A stretch of DNA of 64,000 bases from Candidatus Eremiobacteria bacterium (GCA_963758295.1 CAVWUU010000003.1:160001-224000), one strand, 5' to 3'; shown: positions 30,818-41,300, numbered from the stretch's first letter. Notes: generated from the sequence alone by a model not told the origin. Made by a program: numbers and translations.

Positions 30818-32941
30818 ATGGATGTTGCGCCGCCGACGCCGTCGGATGCAAATGATGCCCTAGACCCGAGGCAGCTGCTTCAAGCTGACCTCGATTCGGC
30901 ACGCGCCGAGGCGGAAAGCATCGAACGCGCGATAGCGGGCGACGCCGAACGGATCGTTTCGATCCGAGACGCGCTCAATACGATGGTTGCCGCCGTCTGG
31001 CGTGACGTCTTTTCGCAACAACAGCGCGCCAAGGACGGGGAGAATCTCACCTCGGCTCTTCGCTTGGAGTGGCTCGGGGCGTACCAGTTCATTGCGTTCG
31101 GACTCTTAATCGTGGTCGCAGCCGCGGCGATCTATGCGCTTCAAGAAGCGGGCGTGCCGGTCGTTGCGGGAGTCTACGTCGTTCTGGCGTTCGCGTGTTA
31201 CATAGGCGCGAGAAGCCGTTGCATCGATCAGATAAAGAAGGCCCGTCACTCGTACTTGGGATCCGACGGCAAAGACGTGCGCTTTGTGGCGTTCACCCAC
31301 ATCGAAACGGGTTTGCAACATCCGCTTATCGGCTTTGACGGACCGCAGCCGGGCGGCGAGCTCGACGACCGCGCGTGGAAGATTCCCGGCGTGCGAGACG
31401 ACGAAGCGCTGAAAGAAACGTTCGTCGAAGTGATCGACGAGCGTCGAAGCAACGTGTTGCTCACGCGTTTCCCCGACAAAAAACCGACGCTCGTGCACGC
31501 CGATCTCGAGAACCCGTTCGTACGCGCCTTCGGCGTCTTTTTCCAGCGGGCACTGGAGCGCCATCTGCCCTCGGTAGCAAACGAAGCTGAAGAATTTCGT
31601 CAGGTCGTGCTGCGAATGGGCGAGCGCAAAAGGCTCGTCGAACGCGTCCAACGCATCGAAACCGAATTAAAAGAGTACGACGGGACGCATGCGATCTTGA
31701 GTTCGGCGCCCGTGCCGATGACGGTGCGTAATAAGCTGCTTCGCCAAGCGGTGCTTTTCCGGCTTAACGACGGCGCTATCGCGCGCGGCTTGCTCTTGCT
31801 CGGCGAAGACGATATGGCGTTGAAAGAAGCAGCGCAAATCCTTGCACGCGCCGCCGCGGCCGCGTTCGTTCCCTTTTCGTTTACTTCGATGAAGATCGGC
31901 TACGTCGGCCAGGGTGCATCGCAAGTTGCCCGCACGTTTGAATCGGCGCGCCGCAACCCTTCGATGATCTACGTTGAAGACGGCGACCGGCTTTTTAGCA
32001 ACGTCGGCTCGGCCGGCTACGAATCGATGCGGCGCGAAGTCATGCAGGCGTTCCTGTCGCAATGGGATGCGCTCGAGGGCCGCACCGATGTGTGGATCGT
32101 CGCCGGCGCTGCGGGGCGGGACGCGATCGATCCGGCGGTGCTTGCGCGTTTCGGTTCGCTCGTGGACATTACGTCCGCGGTCCGCTCCGAGCCGACGATA
32201 ACAATCGATTCAGCGGGCGCCGGCGATCCGGCAATCGAGGATCCCGTGGCATTGCCCGAGGCGGTGCAAGAACGGATCCACATTTTTGCGGCGATGTTCG
32301 CACACGTCGAAACGATGGAGCGCCAAGGGATCGTCGTTCCGCGCGGCGTCCTCATCACCGGGCCGTCGTTAAATGCGAAAAATACCGCGATTCAACGGCT
32401 CGTTGCCCAAGCGGGCATTCCGCTCGTGCAAAGCGAGCTGGACGGCCTCCACGTCGCGTTCGCAAGAGCGCGGGAACTGGAGCGGGCAATCGTGGTCGTA
32501 AACATCATTGACGACGGCGATCCCGGCGACGTCGCCCATCTCTGCGTCGAGATCGACGATTTGATCGCGATGCACGCACCGGTTTTTGTGCTTGGGTCCG
32601 CGCAACAAGCGTCGACGCTCGATCCCGAACTGCGCTCCCGGTTCGGCGACGTGCTTGACATTCCGGCGTTGGATGCGACCGCGCGCCGGCGTCGCATCAC
32701 CGAGCTGATGACCGGCAAGCCGGTCGATTTTGCCGTCGAGGATGAGCTCGACCGCTTTGAGATCCTGACGGACGGAATGAGCGAGGAACGTCTCCGCGAG
32801 TACGTGGAGGAGGCAATCGGGCGTGCCGCCTTGCGCGCGATCGAAGTCGGTTCTCCGGATCGGGTCTGCGCGGTTCTCGCGGATTTCGGGCTCGCGCCCG
32901 ACCGTTCGCTCGAGGGCCCGGCAGAGGCAGCTGCGACCTAA
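30818..32941 (+). CDS. Membrane-anchored protein with two degenerate AAA+ domains
   Basis: Two TM helices and a coiled coil. AAA-like segments RGLLLLG..., KIGYVGQG, DAIDPAVLARF and RGVLITGP..., TLDPELRSRF, with no GKT. Confidence 0.75.
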   Translation: MDVAPPTPSDANDALDPRQLLQADLDSARAEAESIERAIAGDAERIVSIRDALNTMVAAVWRDVFSQQQRAKDGENLTSALRLEWLGAYQFIAFGLLIVVAAAAIYALQEAGVPVVAGVYVVLAFACYIGARSRCIDQIKKARHSYLGSDGKDVRFVAFTHIETGLQHPLIGFDGPQPGGELDDRAWKIPGVRDDEALKETFVEVIDERRSNVLLTRFPDKKPTLVHADLENPFVRAFGVFFQRALERHLPSVANEAEEFRQVVLRMGERKRLVERVQRIETELKEYDGTHAILSSAPVPMTVRNKLLRQAVLFRLNDGAIARGLLLLGEDDMALKEAAQILARAAAAAFVPFSFTSMKIGYVGQGASQVARTFESARRNPSMIYVEDGDRLFSNVGSAGYESMRREVMQAFLSQWDALEGRTDVWIVAGAAGRDAIDPAVLARFGSLVDITSAVRSEPTITIDSAGAGDPAIEDPVALPEAVQERIHIFAAMFAHVETMERQGIVVPRGVLITGPSLNAKNTAIQRLVAQAGIPLVQSELDGLHVAFARARELERAIVVVNIIDDGDPGDVAHLCVEIDDLIAMHAPVFVLGSAQQASTLDPELRSRFGDVLDIPALDATARRRRITELMTGKPVDFAVEDELDRFEILTDGMSEERLREYVEEAIGRAALRAIEVGSPDRVCAVLADFGLAPDRSLEGPAEAAAT

Positions 32942-32988
32942 GGCGACGAGGCACGCCTACACCATGAGGCGAACGCACTTCTCGTCCC

Positions 32989-34404
32989 ATGGATTACCGT
33001 ACTTATGCATCGCCGTTCTCTTGGAGATACGGCAGAGCCGAGCTACGCTCGCTTTTTTCCGAGGAAGAACGCCGGAAGCTTTGGCGCGCGGTATGGGTTG
33101 CGCTCGCGGAAGCTCAGTCGCGCAAAGGCCTTGTCTCGGCCGAAGAAGTTGAGGATCTTCGTGCGCACGCCGGCGACATCGATATTGAAGCTGCGCTCGC
33201 AATTGAACGCGAGATCCATCACGATCTCATGGCGGAGATTCGCGTATTCGCGTCGCAAGCGAAGACCGGCGGCAAAAAGCTGCATCTCGGCGCGACTTCG
33301 ATGGACATCGAAGATACGGTCGAGACGTATCGCCTGCGCCTCGCGCTTGCGATGGTCGGCGCTAATCTGCGCGAGCTTCTTGCGAGTTTTGCCGGCCGCG
33401 TCCGGCGGCACAGCGATCTCGTCACCATGGCCTTCACGCATTTGCAGCCGGCCGAACCGACGACCCTCGGGTACCGGCTTGCCGTGTACGCTCAGGATCT
33501 GCTGATCGACGACACAAATCTGCGATTCGTCTTCGAGCAGCTTACCACCAAAGGGCTGCGCGGCGCCGTCGGTACGGCGGCTTCATACGAGCATCTGCTC
33601 GACCATAGCGGCACGTCGGGTGAATTGGAAGTGTTTGTGCTGGACCGGTTCGGCTTGCAAGCGCGAGACATCAGCACGCAAACGTACCCGCGCAAACTCG
33701 ACTATCTTTTGCTCTCGGCGCTTGCGGGCGTCGGCGCGTCGCTTTCGAAGTTTGCGGCCGACATTCGCATCCTCAGCAGCCCCGAATTCGGCGAGGTCGC
33801 CGAGCCGTTCGGAAAATCACAGGTCGGCAGCTCGGCGATGCCGTTCAAACGCAATCCCATCATTTGCGAACGCATCGATTCGCTTGCGCGCCTGCTTGTC
33901 GGCTACTCCGACGTCGCGTGGCAGAACGCCGCGACCAATTATCTGGAGCGGACGCTCGACGATAGCGCGAACCGCCGCACGATTCTTCCCGAAGCGTTCC
34001 TTTGCGCCGACGAAATCATTACGCTTGCTCGAAAAGTAATCGACGGTTTGCGCGTCGAGGAACGTCGCATTTCGCATAATCTGCGCACCTACGGACCGTT
34101 TGCCGGCACGGAAGCGGTTATGATGGAAGCAGCGCGTGCGGGCGGCGACCGCCAAGAACTGCACGAGCAGATTCGCAGTGCGGCGATGGAGGCGTGGGGA
34201 GCACTCGCGCGCGGCGAAGACAATCCGCTCTCGCAAACGCTGGTCGAGGATAAAGCCTTAACCGCGTTGCTCGATCCGGCGGAAATTCGCCGCCTGCTCG
34301 ATCCCGGCAAACACGTCGGCACGGCGCCGGTGCGTGCGCGGGCGCTAGCCGACCGAATCGACGCGACTCCCGAGTTTCCGAAACAACGCACCGTAACCGT
34401 CTAA
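32989..34404 (+). CDS. purB: Adenylosuccinate lyase
   Basis: HLGATS.DI, FTHLQPA.PTT, GSSAMPFKRNP, LERTLDDSA.RR. Confidence 0.95.
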   Translation: MDYRTYASPFSWRYGRAELRSLFSEEERRKLWRAVWVALAEAQSRKGLVSAEEVEDLRAHAGDIDIEAALAIEREIHHDLMAEIRVFASQAKTGGKKLHLGATSMDIEDTVETYRLRLALAMVGANLRELLASFAGRVRRHSDLVTMAFTHLQPAEPTTLGYRLAVYAQDLLIDDTNLRFVFEQLTTKGLRGAVGTAASYEHLLDHSGTSGELEVFVLDRFGLQARDISTQTYPRKLDYLLLSALAGVGASLSKFAADIRILSSPEFGEVAEPFGKSQVGSSAMPFKRNPIICERIDSLARLLVGYSDVAWQNAATNYLERTLDDSANRRTILPEAFLCADEIITLARKVIDGLRVEERRISHNLRTYGPFAGTEAVMMEAARAGGDRQELHEQIRSAAMEAWGALARGEDNPLSQTLVEDKALTALLDPAEIRRLLDPGKHVGTAPVRARALADRIDATPEFPKQRTVTV

Positions 34405-34425
34405 CGATTTAAAGAGAAAACGAAC

Positions 34426-35629
34426 GTGAACAAAGGCATCGAAATCGCCCGCGGTAAGACGAAAGTGCTGCACGAGTATCCGGGACAGCCGGATCAGCTG
34501 GTGGTCGCGCAAACCGACTCGATCTCCGCCGGCGACGGTGCTCGCCGCAACGAGATTCCGGGGAAAGGTCGGCTTGCGGCGCAGACGACGGCGCGCGTGT
34601 TCCGGCTGCTGAATCTTTGCGGATTGCCGACGCACTACCTCAACGGCGGCGAAGACGACGACAATAACGAGATGCTCGTTCGCCGATGCAACATGATTCC
34701 GCTCGAGGTCGTCGTTCGCGGTGTCGCGGCCGGCTCGTTCGTGAAGCGCAACCCCGGCATTCAGCGCGGCGCCTTGCTCGTACCGCGCGTCATGGAGTTC
34801 TTCTTCAAGGACGACGCCAATCACGATCCGATGATCGCCGCCGACGAGATCGTCTCACGCAATATCGCAACGCCGCAGGAAGTCGGCGCGATGACCGAAC
34901 TCGCGCGGCTCACTTTCGAGATTCTTTCGCACGCCTGGCGCAAACGCGACGTGCTGCTGGTGGATGTGAAGGTCGAGTTCGGGCGGTTGACGGCAGGTGA
35001 AAATAAAGGCCAGCTGGTCATCGCCGACGTCATCGACAACGATTCATGGCGCATTTGGCCGCAAGGGCGCGAAGATCTGATGCTGGACAAGCAGATGTAT
35101 CGCAACCTCCCCGAAGTCACGGCCGAAGCGCTCGATCGCGTCAAGAGACTCATACGAACAGGTTGCCGATCTGGTCGGCACGTTTCCGGTGATGCGGCCC
35201 GGAATGGCTGCGGTTATAGCGGATCACCCCGATCGCATGAATCACGCGAATGCCGTCCTGCAAACGCTCGCGCAGCTCGGACTTCCGACCATCCGCCACG
35301 TAGCGAGCCCGTCGCAGACGCCCGGCTACGTGCTGCAACTGGTCCAGCAAATGGAGGCGACCTTCGCGCGTCTATTCTTCGTTGCGGTTGGTGAGAACGA
35401 CAGCTTGCGCGCGATGCTCGAATCGGCGTCCTCTTCGCCCGTGTTCGACGGCAACGCGGAAGCGCAACACGTAGCGATTCAATGCGCGAAAGTTCTTGGA
35501 CTTGAAGACACGGTCTTATACGGCCGCACGTTGTTAATGCAGGCGAATGCGCGTTCGGCGATCTTACACGCCGACGCGATGATGCAGCAGCAGGCCGGGC
35601 AGCCGGGTCCCGGAGCCGTTCTTGGTTAG
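34426..35629 (+). CDS. purC: SAICAR synthetase fused to a degenerate PurE-like domain (PAICS architecture; frameshift near 35146)
   Basis: GKTK, ISAGDG, MIPLEVVVR, FKDD..HDP, DVIDNDSWRIWP, DKQMYR. It continues in the next frame as DSYEQVADLVGTFPVMRPGMAAVIAD... to the stop at 35629. Confidence 0.88.
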
Positions 35630-37931
35630 TTTCGCGGTAGAAGGGCGAAACGACGAAACGCTGCGCACCGCGGCCGCGAAGGCGGGCGTGGCGCTGCGGC
35701 CCGACGAGCTTCGGCGCATCGCACAAACGTTGCGGCGCGACCCCACGATGGTCGAGCTTCAAGCGTTCGACGCGCAATGGAGCGAGCATTGCAGCTACAA
35801 GTCTAGCCGCCATCACCTAAAGAATCTGCCGACGAGCGGCACGATGGTTGTGCTCGGACCGGCCGAGGATTCGGGGATCCTCCATCTCGGGGAACATCGC
35901 GGCGAACGATACGGAATCGTCATCGCGCACGAGTCGCACAATCATCCCTCGCAAGTCGTTCCCTTTGAGGGAGCGGCCACCGGCATCGGCGGCATCGTTC
36001 GCGACGTGCTGTGCATGGGTGCCGAAGTCATCGCCGTCGCCGATCCGCTGCGCTTTGGAAAAATCGATCCGGGAACGCATCAGCGGTATGTTGCCCAAGG
36101 CGCCGTTGACGGCATCAGCGCGTATGGGAACGCGATCGGCGTTCCGAACATCGCGGGAGACGTATATTTCGATGAACGCTTTGACGACAATTGCCTAGTC
36201 AACGTCGTGGCGCTCGGAATCGTCAAAGAATCCGAAATCATCCATTCGTATGCGCCGCGGGGCGCCGACGGCTGGGACATGATTCTAGTCGGCAAAGCGA
36301 CGGATCCGAGCGGATTCGGCGGCGCCTCGTTTTCGTCGGTAACGCTCGACGCGGCCGACGAAGAGTCGAACAAAGGCGCGGTTCAGGTTCCCGATCCGTT
36401 CTTGAAGAACGTGCTGATGCGCGCAAGCTATCGCGTATTCGGACTTCTGCGTGAAAAGAAGGTGACCGTCGGATTCAAAGACCTCGGAGCCGGCGGCATC
36501 ATGGGCTGTTCGGCGGAGATCACGTCGGCCGGCGGTTACGGCGCGCAAATCGATCTCGACAAGGTGAACGTCGCGATCGAAAACATGCCGCCGGAAGTCA
36601 TCGCAATCGGCGAAACGCAGGAACGCCTCATCTGGGTCGTTCCGCCGGAAGTCACGCCTGAGATTCTGCGCATTTACAATCAAGAGTTTACGCTTCCGCA
36701 GATCGCTTATAACGCCCGTGCCGTCGTGATCGGGAAAGTGACGGAAGACCGCCGTTACGTGTTGCGCTTCAACGGCGAAGTCGTGATGGAAGTCGACAGC
36801 GAATTTCTTACCGGCTCGATTCGCGACGAATTGCCGTTCGACGACGTGCCCTCAGTCGATCATCAAATCGTCCGGCCTCTCGTCACCGGCATGCAGCTTG
36901 AGGAGATGCTCGAGCGCGTGCTGGCGCATCCCGACGTGTGTTCCCGCGAACCGCTGTATCGCCGGTACGACAGCGTCGTGCGCGGCCGCACCGTCGTCGC
37001 GCGCGGCGAAGGCGACGCGGGCGTCTTGGCGCCGGTTCCCGGGTCGCCGCTTGGCATGGCTCTCAGCGTTGCGGGCAATCCGCGCTTCGCGAAAGTCGAC
37101 GTCGCCGGCGCAGCGCGGCACGCGGTGTACGAAGCCGTTCGCAAGGTGACGGCCGTCGGCGCTCGAGCCATCGGCTTGACGGATTGCTTGAATTTCGGTA
37201 ATCCTCGCAAAGTCGAGCACTACAGCGAATTCGTTACGGCCGTGAAAGCGCTTGGATCCGCCGCGCGTGAATTCGAAACACCGTTCGTTTCAGGCAACGT
37301 CAGCCTGTACAACGAATCCGCATCCGGCAAAGCTATCCCGGCGTCGCCGGTCGTCGCTTGCCTCGGAACGATTCAAGACGTTTCCAACGTCGTTACAATG
37401 CGCTTGAAACACGCCGGATCGGTACTGTATCTTGTCGGGCATCCGCAGGGGCGTCTTGGCGGGTCGGTTTTGGCAAGTATGCTCGGACGCAACGAAGAGC
37501 ATTTGCCGCACGTCGACTATGAAACGGCGAAGGCGCATCACGAATTCATCTGGCAAGCCTCGCAAGCGCGATTACTGCGCGCGGTGCATTCGATCGGGAA
37601 CGGCGGCCTTGCTGCTGCCGTCTGTGAAATGGCGTTTGCCACGATTCGCAGCGGTCACGCGCACGTCGGCGTGCAGATCGACGACGCCTGGCAGTGGACG
37701 CACGGCTCTGTCGGTAATCTTGAAGCGTTGTTCAATGAGGCCGGCGGTTTCATCGTTGAGGTCGCAGCGCATGACGTTGAAACCTTCGAGGGACTCGCGG
37801 ACAACGTGGACGGCGTTTACGAAATCGGCGTCACGATAGAACAGCCGGTCGTCGCGATCGACGACGAAGCGTTCGACCTGCGCCGTCTGTACGAAATTTG
37901 GTCTAAGCCGCTCGAGGAGGTTTATCCGTGA
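35622..37931 (+). CDS. purL: Phosphoribosylformylglycinamidine synthase subunit PurL (small type)
   Basis: WSEHCSYK, ESHNHPS, GAATGIGG, DLGAGG, ETQER, TDCLNFGNP, SGNVSLYN. Confidence 0.95.
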   Translation: MVSFAVEGRNDETLRTAAAKAGVALRPDELRRIAQTLRRDPTMVELQAFDAQWSEHCSYKSSRHHLKNLPTSGTMVVLGPAEDSGILHLGEHRGERYGIVIAHESHNHPSQVVPFEGAATGIGGIVRDVLCMGAEVIAVADPLRFGKIDPGTHQRYVAQGAVDGISAYGNAIGVPNIAGDVYFDERFDDNCLVNVVALGIVKESEIIHSYAPRGADGWDMILVGKATDPSGFGGASFSSVTLDAADEESNKGAVQVPDPFLKNVLMRASYRVFGLLREKKVTVGFKDLGAGGIMGCSAEITSAGGYGAQIDLDKVNVAIENMPPEVIAIGETQERLIWVVPPEVTPEILRIYNQEFTLPQIAYNARAVVIGKVTEDRRYVLRFNGEVVMEVDSEFLTGSIRDELPFDDVPSVDHQIVRPLVTGMQLEEMLERVLAHPDVCSREPLYRRYDSVVRGRTVVARGEGDAGVLAPVPGSPLGMALSVAGNPRFAKVDVAGAARHAVYEAVRKVTAVGARAIGLTDCLNFGNPRKVEHYSEFVTAVKALGSAAREFETPFVSGNVSLYNESASGKAIPASPVVACLGTIQDVSNVVTMRLKHAGSVLYLVGHPQGRLGGSVLASMLGRNEEHLPHVDYETAKAHHEFIWQASQARLLRAVHSIGNGGLAAAVCEMAFATIRSGHAHVGVQIDDAWQWTHGSVGNLEALFNEAGGFIVEVAAHDVETFEGLADNVDGVYEIGVTIEQPVVAIDDEAFDLRRLYEIWSKPLEEVYP

Positions 37932-38698
37932 GCCGCCGCATTGCGGTCCTCGTTTTTCCGGGAACGAATTCGGAAGAAGAAACGCTCATGCTTCTGCGCG
38001 ACTGCGGCGGCGACGCCCATCTCGTGCACTGGAGCCGGGCCGACATGCTGCCGCATTTTGACGCGTACGTTCTGCCGGGCGGATTTGCGTACGAAGACCG
38101 CATCCGGGCCGGCGCGATTGCCGCGCACGAGCCGATGATGGATCACGTGATTGCGGGTGCTCGAGCGGGAAAACTCGTCTTCGGCATTTGCAACGGCGCG
38201 CAGATTTTGCTCGAGGCCGGCCTGATACCGGGAACCGGCGAAGTCCGGCGGCCGACCGCGGCATTTACCCGCAACGGCCCCGTGCCGCATTTTGTTTGCA
38301 CGCACACGCACGTAAAGCTGAAGATCGATCCCGCGCGTTCCCCCATCACGGCATCGCTCTCGAAAGACGCGTTGATCCCGGCATGGGCCGCGCACGGTGA
38401 AGGCCGCTTGGCGGCGAACGAGACGGAGCTGCAGAAACTCGAGGAAGGCGGTCATGTCGCCTTCGTGTACGCGCATCGCAACGGGCGCGTCGATGCATCG
38501 GCCGTGCCCAACCAATCGGCGCTCGGCGCAGCGGCGCTTATCAACAAACCGGGCAACGTGTTAGCGATCATGCCGCATCCCGAGCGCGACGGCTGGAGCT
38601 TCAACCATCCCGATCAGCGCGGAAAGCACGCGATCCTCGAACCCTCCGGCGGCTCCGTGCTTTTTCAAAGCTTCGTGAACGCGGTGACCCTGCGATGA
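37928..38698 (+). CDS. purQ: FGAM synthase glutaminase subunit
   Basis: VFPGTN, PGGFAYED, GICNG, AHGEG, MPHPER. Confidence 0.95.
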   Translation: MSRRIAVLVFPGTNSEEETLMLLRDCGGDAHLVHWSRADMLPHFDAYVLPGGFAYEDRIRAGAIAAHEPMMDHVIAGARAGKLVFGICNGAQILLEAGLIPGTGEVRRPTAAFTRNGPVPHFVCTHTHVKLKIDPARSPITASLSKDALIPAWAAHGEGRLAANETELQKLEEGGHVAFVYAHRNGRVDASAVPNQSALGAAALINKPGNVLAIMPHPERDGWSFNHPDQRGKHAILEPSGGSVLFQSFVNAVTLR

Positions 38699-39138
38699 AA
38701 GATCGCGCCGTAGCGATTTCACTGAAGATTCCCGACAACGAAGCGTATACCACGCTCACCGCGCTTCGCCGTCTGGGAGTCGGGGTCGAAAAACTGGAGC
38801 GCAGCGAGATTTGGCAAGTCGAAGATCGCGGCGACGAAACGACGTTTCTTTCACGCATCGAGAGTAACGAGACCATTTTCAATCCAAACAAGCACCGCCT
38901 TACGATCGTCGAGGGTTCCCAGCCGCGCGACGGCGAGGTATGGATCGAAGAACTCGGGCGCCACAACGAAGTGCGCGAACATCTTGGCGGAAAGGTCATC
39001 CCCGGCATCGGAAATGCGCGCCGGTACGTAGGCTGGCGAATGCTGCAAGCCGACGGCTCGCCCGCCGGAGCCAACGTACTCCGCGCCGCCGTGGAGCAGC
39101 TCCTGTGCAACCCGGCCATCGAAAAACCAATCTACTAG
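38695..39138 (+). CDS. purS: PurS-like protein with two tandem PurS repeats
   Basis: Follows purQ. Repeat 1 is SLKIPD..A.T.L.AL.RLG...IFNP; repeat 2 ends EQLLCNPAIE, like the PurS LL.NP.IE motif. Confidence 0.65.
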   Translation: MKDRAVAISLKIPDNEAYTTLTALRRLGVGVEKLERSEIWQVEDRGDETTFLSRIESNETIFNPNKHRLTIVEGSQPRDGEVWIEELGRHNEVREHLGGKVIPGIGNARRYVGWRMLQADGSPAGANVLRAAVEQLLCNPAIEKPIY

Positions 39139-39145
39139 AGGCAGA

Positions 39146-40168
39146 ATGAATCGACCGTATACCATTGCGACGCTAGGGTCGCACTCGGCCCTGCAGATTC
39201 TCAAGGGTGCGCATGACGAAGGTTTCAAGACCCTCGCTATTGCGAATCGCGAAACGGAGCGGCTCTACCGGTCGTTTCGTTTCATCGACGAAGTCATCGG
39301 CGTCGACAAGTATTCGGAGTTTCTTTCGCTCATCGGCGAACTCGAACGCCGCAAAGTCATCATCGTTCCGCACGGATCCTTCGTTGCGTACTTGTCGCTG
39401 GAAGAGCACAAGCAGATGACGGTGCCGTACTTCGGCAACAAAGCCGTGCTCGATTGGGAAGCAAGCCGCGAACTTCAACGCGACTGGCTGACGCGTGCGG
39501 GAATCACGATGCCGCGTCAGTTCAAGAGCGGCAAAGAGATCGACCGGCCCGTCATCGTGAAGCTCTACGGAGCGGGCGGCGGTAAAGGGTATATGTTCAT
39601 CCGCGACGCTTCCGACTTCGAAGCGCGGACTGCACATTTGCACGAACAGTTCACGATCCAGGAATACATCATCGGCGTTCCGCTTTACATCCATTATTTC
39701 TATTCGCCGATCGAAGACAAGTTGGAAATCATGTCGATGGACCGGCGCTACGAAACGAACGTCGACTCGCTCGGACGCATTCCGGCGGCCGCGCAAGAAG
39801 GCATGGACGTGAGCCCGTCCTACGTCGTGGTCGGCAATCAGCCGGTAAGCTTGCGCGAATCGATGCTTGCCGAAGCGCTGCGCATGGGTGAAAACGTGGT
39901 GCGCGTGAGTAAAGAAATTTGCGGGCCCAAGGGTCTCTTCGGAGCATTTTGCATCGAGACGATCATCACGCCGGACATGCAATTTTACATCATGGAGATT
40001 TCGGCCCGTATCGTCGCGGGAACGAACTTGTTCATCGACGGGTCGCCGTACTCGTACCTGAATTATTCTGAACCGATGTCCACCGGACGCCGCATCGCGC
40101 GCGAGATCAAGAACGCACTTCTCACCAACAATTTGCGTTTAGTCCTTGATGACTCGAGCAAGCTTTAG
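39146..40168 (+). CDS. purP: PurP-family ATP-grasp AICAR:formate ligase (archaeal-type FAICAR synthetase)
   Basis: IATLGSHSALQILKGA.DEGF, VPHGSF, GGKGY, DRRYETNVD, VVGN.P..LRES, EISARIVAGTN, PMSTGRRIAREI. Confidence 0.9.
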   Translation: MNRPYTIATLGSHSALQILKGAHDEGFKTLAIANRETERLYRSFRFIDEVIGVDKYSEFLSLIGELERRKVIIVPHGSFVAYLSLEEHKQMTVPYFGNKAVLDWEASRELQRDWLTRAGITMPRQFKSGKEIDRPVIVKLYGAGGGKGYMFIRDASDFEARTAHLHEQFTIQEYIIGVPLYIHYFYSPIEDKLEIMSMDRRYETNVDSLGRIPAAAQEGMDVSPSYVVVGNQPVSLRESMLAEALRMGENVVRVSKEICGPKGLFGAFCIETIITPDMQFYIMEISARIVAGTNLFIDGSPYSYLNYSEPMSTGRRIAREIKNALLTNNLRLVLDDSSKL

Positions 40169-41300
40169 CCCCAAGACCCTGCTGCGCGCGGCGCGCGGGC
40201 TAGCGCCGGCGCTGCTGGCGCTAATTCTCGTGCCGGCGCCCGCCGGCGCGACCTTGGTTGCCGACCCGCAAGTGTTATACGCGCAAATGAAAAGCGCATA
40301 CGATAAAGCGGGCGCGAACGGCTGGGACTTCCACGATCAGGAAGTCTATCTTTCGACGATCTTCAACGCGGGACGAGCGTATTCGCTGCAACGGCCAAGC
40401 GACGCTGCATATGGCGAAATTGCAACGCTGACCGTGCAAATCGGCAGCTCGCTGCATTTCAACCCGCTTACCAATCATGACGCGACCGCGTGGTACGTGC
40501 GCGAAGCCGCCGAGTGGGTCACCAAGAATTCGACCGACAAGCAGCTGCTGGACGGTGCTCAGGCGCTATTGCAGCGCGTCAATTCGGAAGAAGATCCCGA
40601 AGCGTTAGCACGGCTTGCGGATCAAGACGCAAAGGCCAACGTCGACGCATATCCTCACAACGTCGATTCGTCTCTGCAAGAGGTCGAGGCAAATTGGCGC
40701 TCGTGGCTGCTGACCCACGACGCCTCGTGGCGTTCTCTCGCGCTCGAGCGCGCGTCGCAGCCGGATTTCCCGCTCGCTCATCTGCCGACGTCCTGGGGCC
40801 CCGAGTTCCTTCAGTCCGCAAACAACGCCGCATCCGGCGTCGACGGCTTCACCTCGGGCGATCAGAAGAACGGCAAGATCATCACGGAACGCGTGAAGAG
40901 CCTTCCCGAACTGCGCGTCATTGCGAGCGTCAAAGCGGTGCCGCACGACGTCTACCTCTCGACGCTTGCGCCGGCCGACGAATACTTCGGACGCATGGGC
41001 TACTCGGTGCTTGGCATTCAGAACGAGCTCAAGCACATCAACTTCATGCTCGACTATAAGTACGGCAATCGCGAAGCTTCGCAGACGCTCCTCGTCGCCG
41101 AAGCGATCGACGACATGCACAAGGTCTATCCGCGCGACCGCGACATGCCGAAGCTGCTGCTCTCGTGCATGACGACGTTAGACCGAATGACGAGCGGCGA
41201 CACGAAAGCGGAATCGTCGCATTTGCGATCGATTTTGACGGTCGAATACCAGGATTCGCCCGAAGCGCGAAAGGTCTTAAACCCCGAGGCAGCATCGTAA
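40146..41300 (+). CDS. Secreted alpha-helical protein of unknown function
   Basis: Signal peptide LAPALLALILVPAPAGA; 384-aa ORF with host-like codon usage. Confidence 0.75.
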   Translation: MMTRASFSPKTLLRAARGLAPALLALILVPAPAGATLVADPQVLYAQMKSAYDKAGANGWDFHDQEVYLSTIFNAGRAYSLQRPSDAAYGEIATLTVQIGSSLHFNPLTNHDATAWYVREAAEWVTKNSTDKQLLDGAQALLQRVNSEEDPEALARLADQDAKANVDAYPHNVDSSLQEVEANWRSWLLTHDASWRSLALERASQPDFPLAHLPTSWGPEFLQSANNAASGVDGFTSGDQKNGKIITERVKSLPELRVIASVKAVPHDVYLSTLAPADEYFGRMGYSVLGIQNELKHINFMLDYKYGNREASQTLLVAEAIDDMHKVYPRDRDMPKLLLSCMTTLDRMTSGDTKAESSHLRSILTVEYQDSPEARKVLNPEAAS

